A program made the position numbers and the translations under genes. Of a stretch of DNA of 64,000 nucleotides, positions 63,301-64,000 are shown piece after piece. The notes under the pieces are model-generated. The model saw only the letters and a list, made by a program, of their open reading frames with translations, had not been told where the DNA came from and made no database searches. The stretch spans positions 1-64,000 of the forward strand of contig SIRU01000058.1 in the NCBI GenBank assembly GCA_004366385.1, in the 5' to 3' direction. Numbering within the stretch: the stretch's first letter is position 1; the number at the start of each line of letters is the position of its first letter. The stretch is from Actinomycetota bacterium (GTDB lineage: Bacteria; Actinomycetota; Thermoleophilia; Gaiellales; Gaiellaceae).

Positions 63301-63600
63301 CTAACCGAAGCCGAGGATGAACTTCGCGTCGTCCGACATGCGGTCGGGAGTCCACGGCGGGTCGAACGTGAGCTCGGCCTCGACCTCCTCGACACCCGGG
63401 ACGGACCGCGCGGCGTCGACGATGCCGTCCTGGATGAGTGGGCCCGCCGGGCACCCCATGGAGGTCAGGCTGTAGAGGATCTTCACCCGCGGCCCGTCGA
63501 CCTCGACGTCGTACATGAGCCCGAGCTCGACGATGTCCATCCCGAGCTCGGGGTCCTCGACGCCGTGCAGCGCCTCGACGATGTCTTCCCGCACGACCAC
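63301..63600 (-). CDS. DUF59 / SufT-like Fe-S cluster assembly protein
   Basis: 99 aa. DPELGMDIVELGL and TSMGCPAG motifs of the MIP18/DUF59 family. Confidence 0.9.
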   Translation of the reverse strand: MVVREDIVEALHGVEDPELGMDIVELGLMYDVEVDGPRVKILYSLTSMGCPAGPLIQDGIVDAARSVPGVEEVEAELTFDPPWTPDRMSDDAKFILGFG

Positions 63601-63639
63601 GCGGCCATTGTAGGTGCCGGACGTGCCCGGCCCGCGCCG

Positions 63640-64000
63640 CTACGTCGAAGCGACGAGCTGCTCGGCGCGCCGCAGGACGAGATCCATGACGTCGCCGATC
63701 GCGCGGTCGAGCGAGTCGTTCACGATCACCGGCACGTCGTAGCGCCGCGCGCGGTCGACGAGGTAGTCCTGGATCTGGCGGATCTGCGGCAGGGACTCGA
63801 GGTACTTCTCGAGCGGCCGCAGTCCCTCGGTCGCGTACTCGCGCACCCAGAAGTGGCTGCGGTGGAGGTTCTCGTCCTCGATCGCGACGACGCACTGCAC
63901 GACGAACGCGCTCTTGAACGAGCTCGTCACCATGCCGGGGACAAGATGCACGCCCTCGAGCACCATCGACCAGTGCTCGGTCGCCGCCCGCTCGAGCGCG
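63640..64000 (-). CDS. 2-phosphoglycerate-kinase-like P-loop protein (5' end outside the window)
   Basis: The open frame runs to the window edge. VLEGVHLVPG ... VVQCVVAIEDENLHRSHF ... resembles the C-terminal half of 2-PGK-family ATPases. Confidence 0.55.
   Translation of the reverse strand, partial: ALERAATEHWSMVLEGVHLVPGMVTSSFKSAFVVQCVVAIEDENLHRSHFWVREYATEGLRPLEKYLESLPQIRQIQDYLVDRARRYDVPVIVNDSLDRAIGDVMDLVLRRAEQLVAST

Noticed and set aside
63176-63322. A 48-aa plus-strand ORF (MVDRRIGLIAGGRLGRPGGSPPSTGRNGEGGSS...).
   Set aside because: It is a Gly/Arg/Ser low-complexity translation that spans two terminator-like hairpins and runs into the DUF59 gene on the other strand.

Overview
High-GC (roughly 70% or more) chromosomal window with actinobacterial-style content: no ftsA, ECF sigma factor, single-chain PafBC-like WYL regulator, many 4-nt start/stop overlaps. 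I support about 65 protein genes and one tRNA-Glu(CUC). I found no rRNA, CRISPR array, IS element or prophage. The core is a 22-gene, ~22.8-kb minus-strand run (32721 down to 9922): mraZ-rsmH-ftsL-ftsI-murE-murF-mraY-murD-ftsW-murG-hom-thrC-thrB-murC-murB-ftsQ-ftsZ-gcvT-gcvH-gcvPA-gcvPB-small ORF. The threonine genes hom-thrC-thrB sit between murG and murC, joined on both sides by GTGA overlaps, and the glycine-cleavage operon follows ftsZ directly. The left flank carries a transglycosylase-like protein, tRNA-Glu, PRC-barrel, MaoC, gltX, nfo, a Ca2+/H+ exchanger, a secreted glycosidase, ltaE, rlmN and a VOC protein. The right flank carries PfkB kinase, ECF sigma coupled to ogt, a pseudo-receiver OmpR regulator, UbiB kinase, secDF-yajC-tgt-queA, a secreted-protein/RR/HK operon, two ion transporters, hbd/thiolase, an alpha/beta-hydrolase-cyclase fusion, ALDH, a Zn-ribbon/SPOR pair, the PafBC-like fusion, a propeller/NlpC-P60/lipoprotein module, queG coupled to a sensorless histidine kinase, an MDR dehydrogenase, a DUF59 protein and a partial 2-phosphoglycerate-kinase-like gene. 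Main signals worth a second look: (1) the thr insertion in the dcw cluster; (2) three divergent gene pairs only 19-26 bp apart, each with overlapping back-to-back TANNNT boxes 6-9 nt from both start codons, suggesting bidirectional leaderless promoters; (3) a phased 4x GTGG MraZ-type operator over a TTGCGA-17-TAAGGT promoter; (4) two genes whose complete N-termini need CTG initiation 6 nt after a strong SD; (5) unusual couplings (ECF sigma-Ogt, queG-HK); (6) an unlisted 38-aa membrane peptide ORF. All function calls come from by-eye motif recognition; no database search was run.
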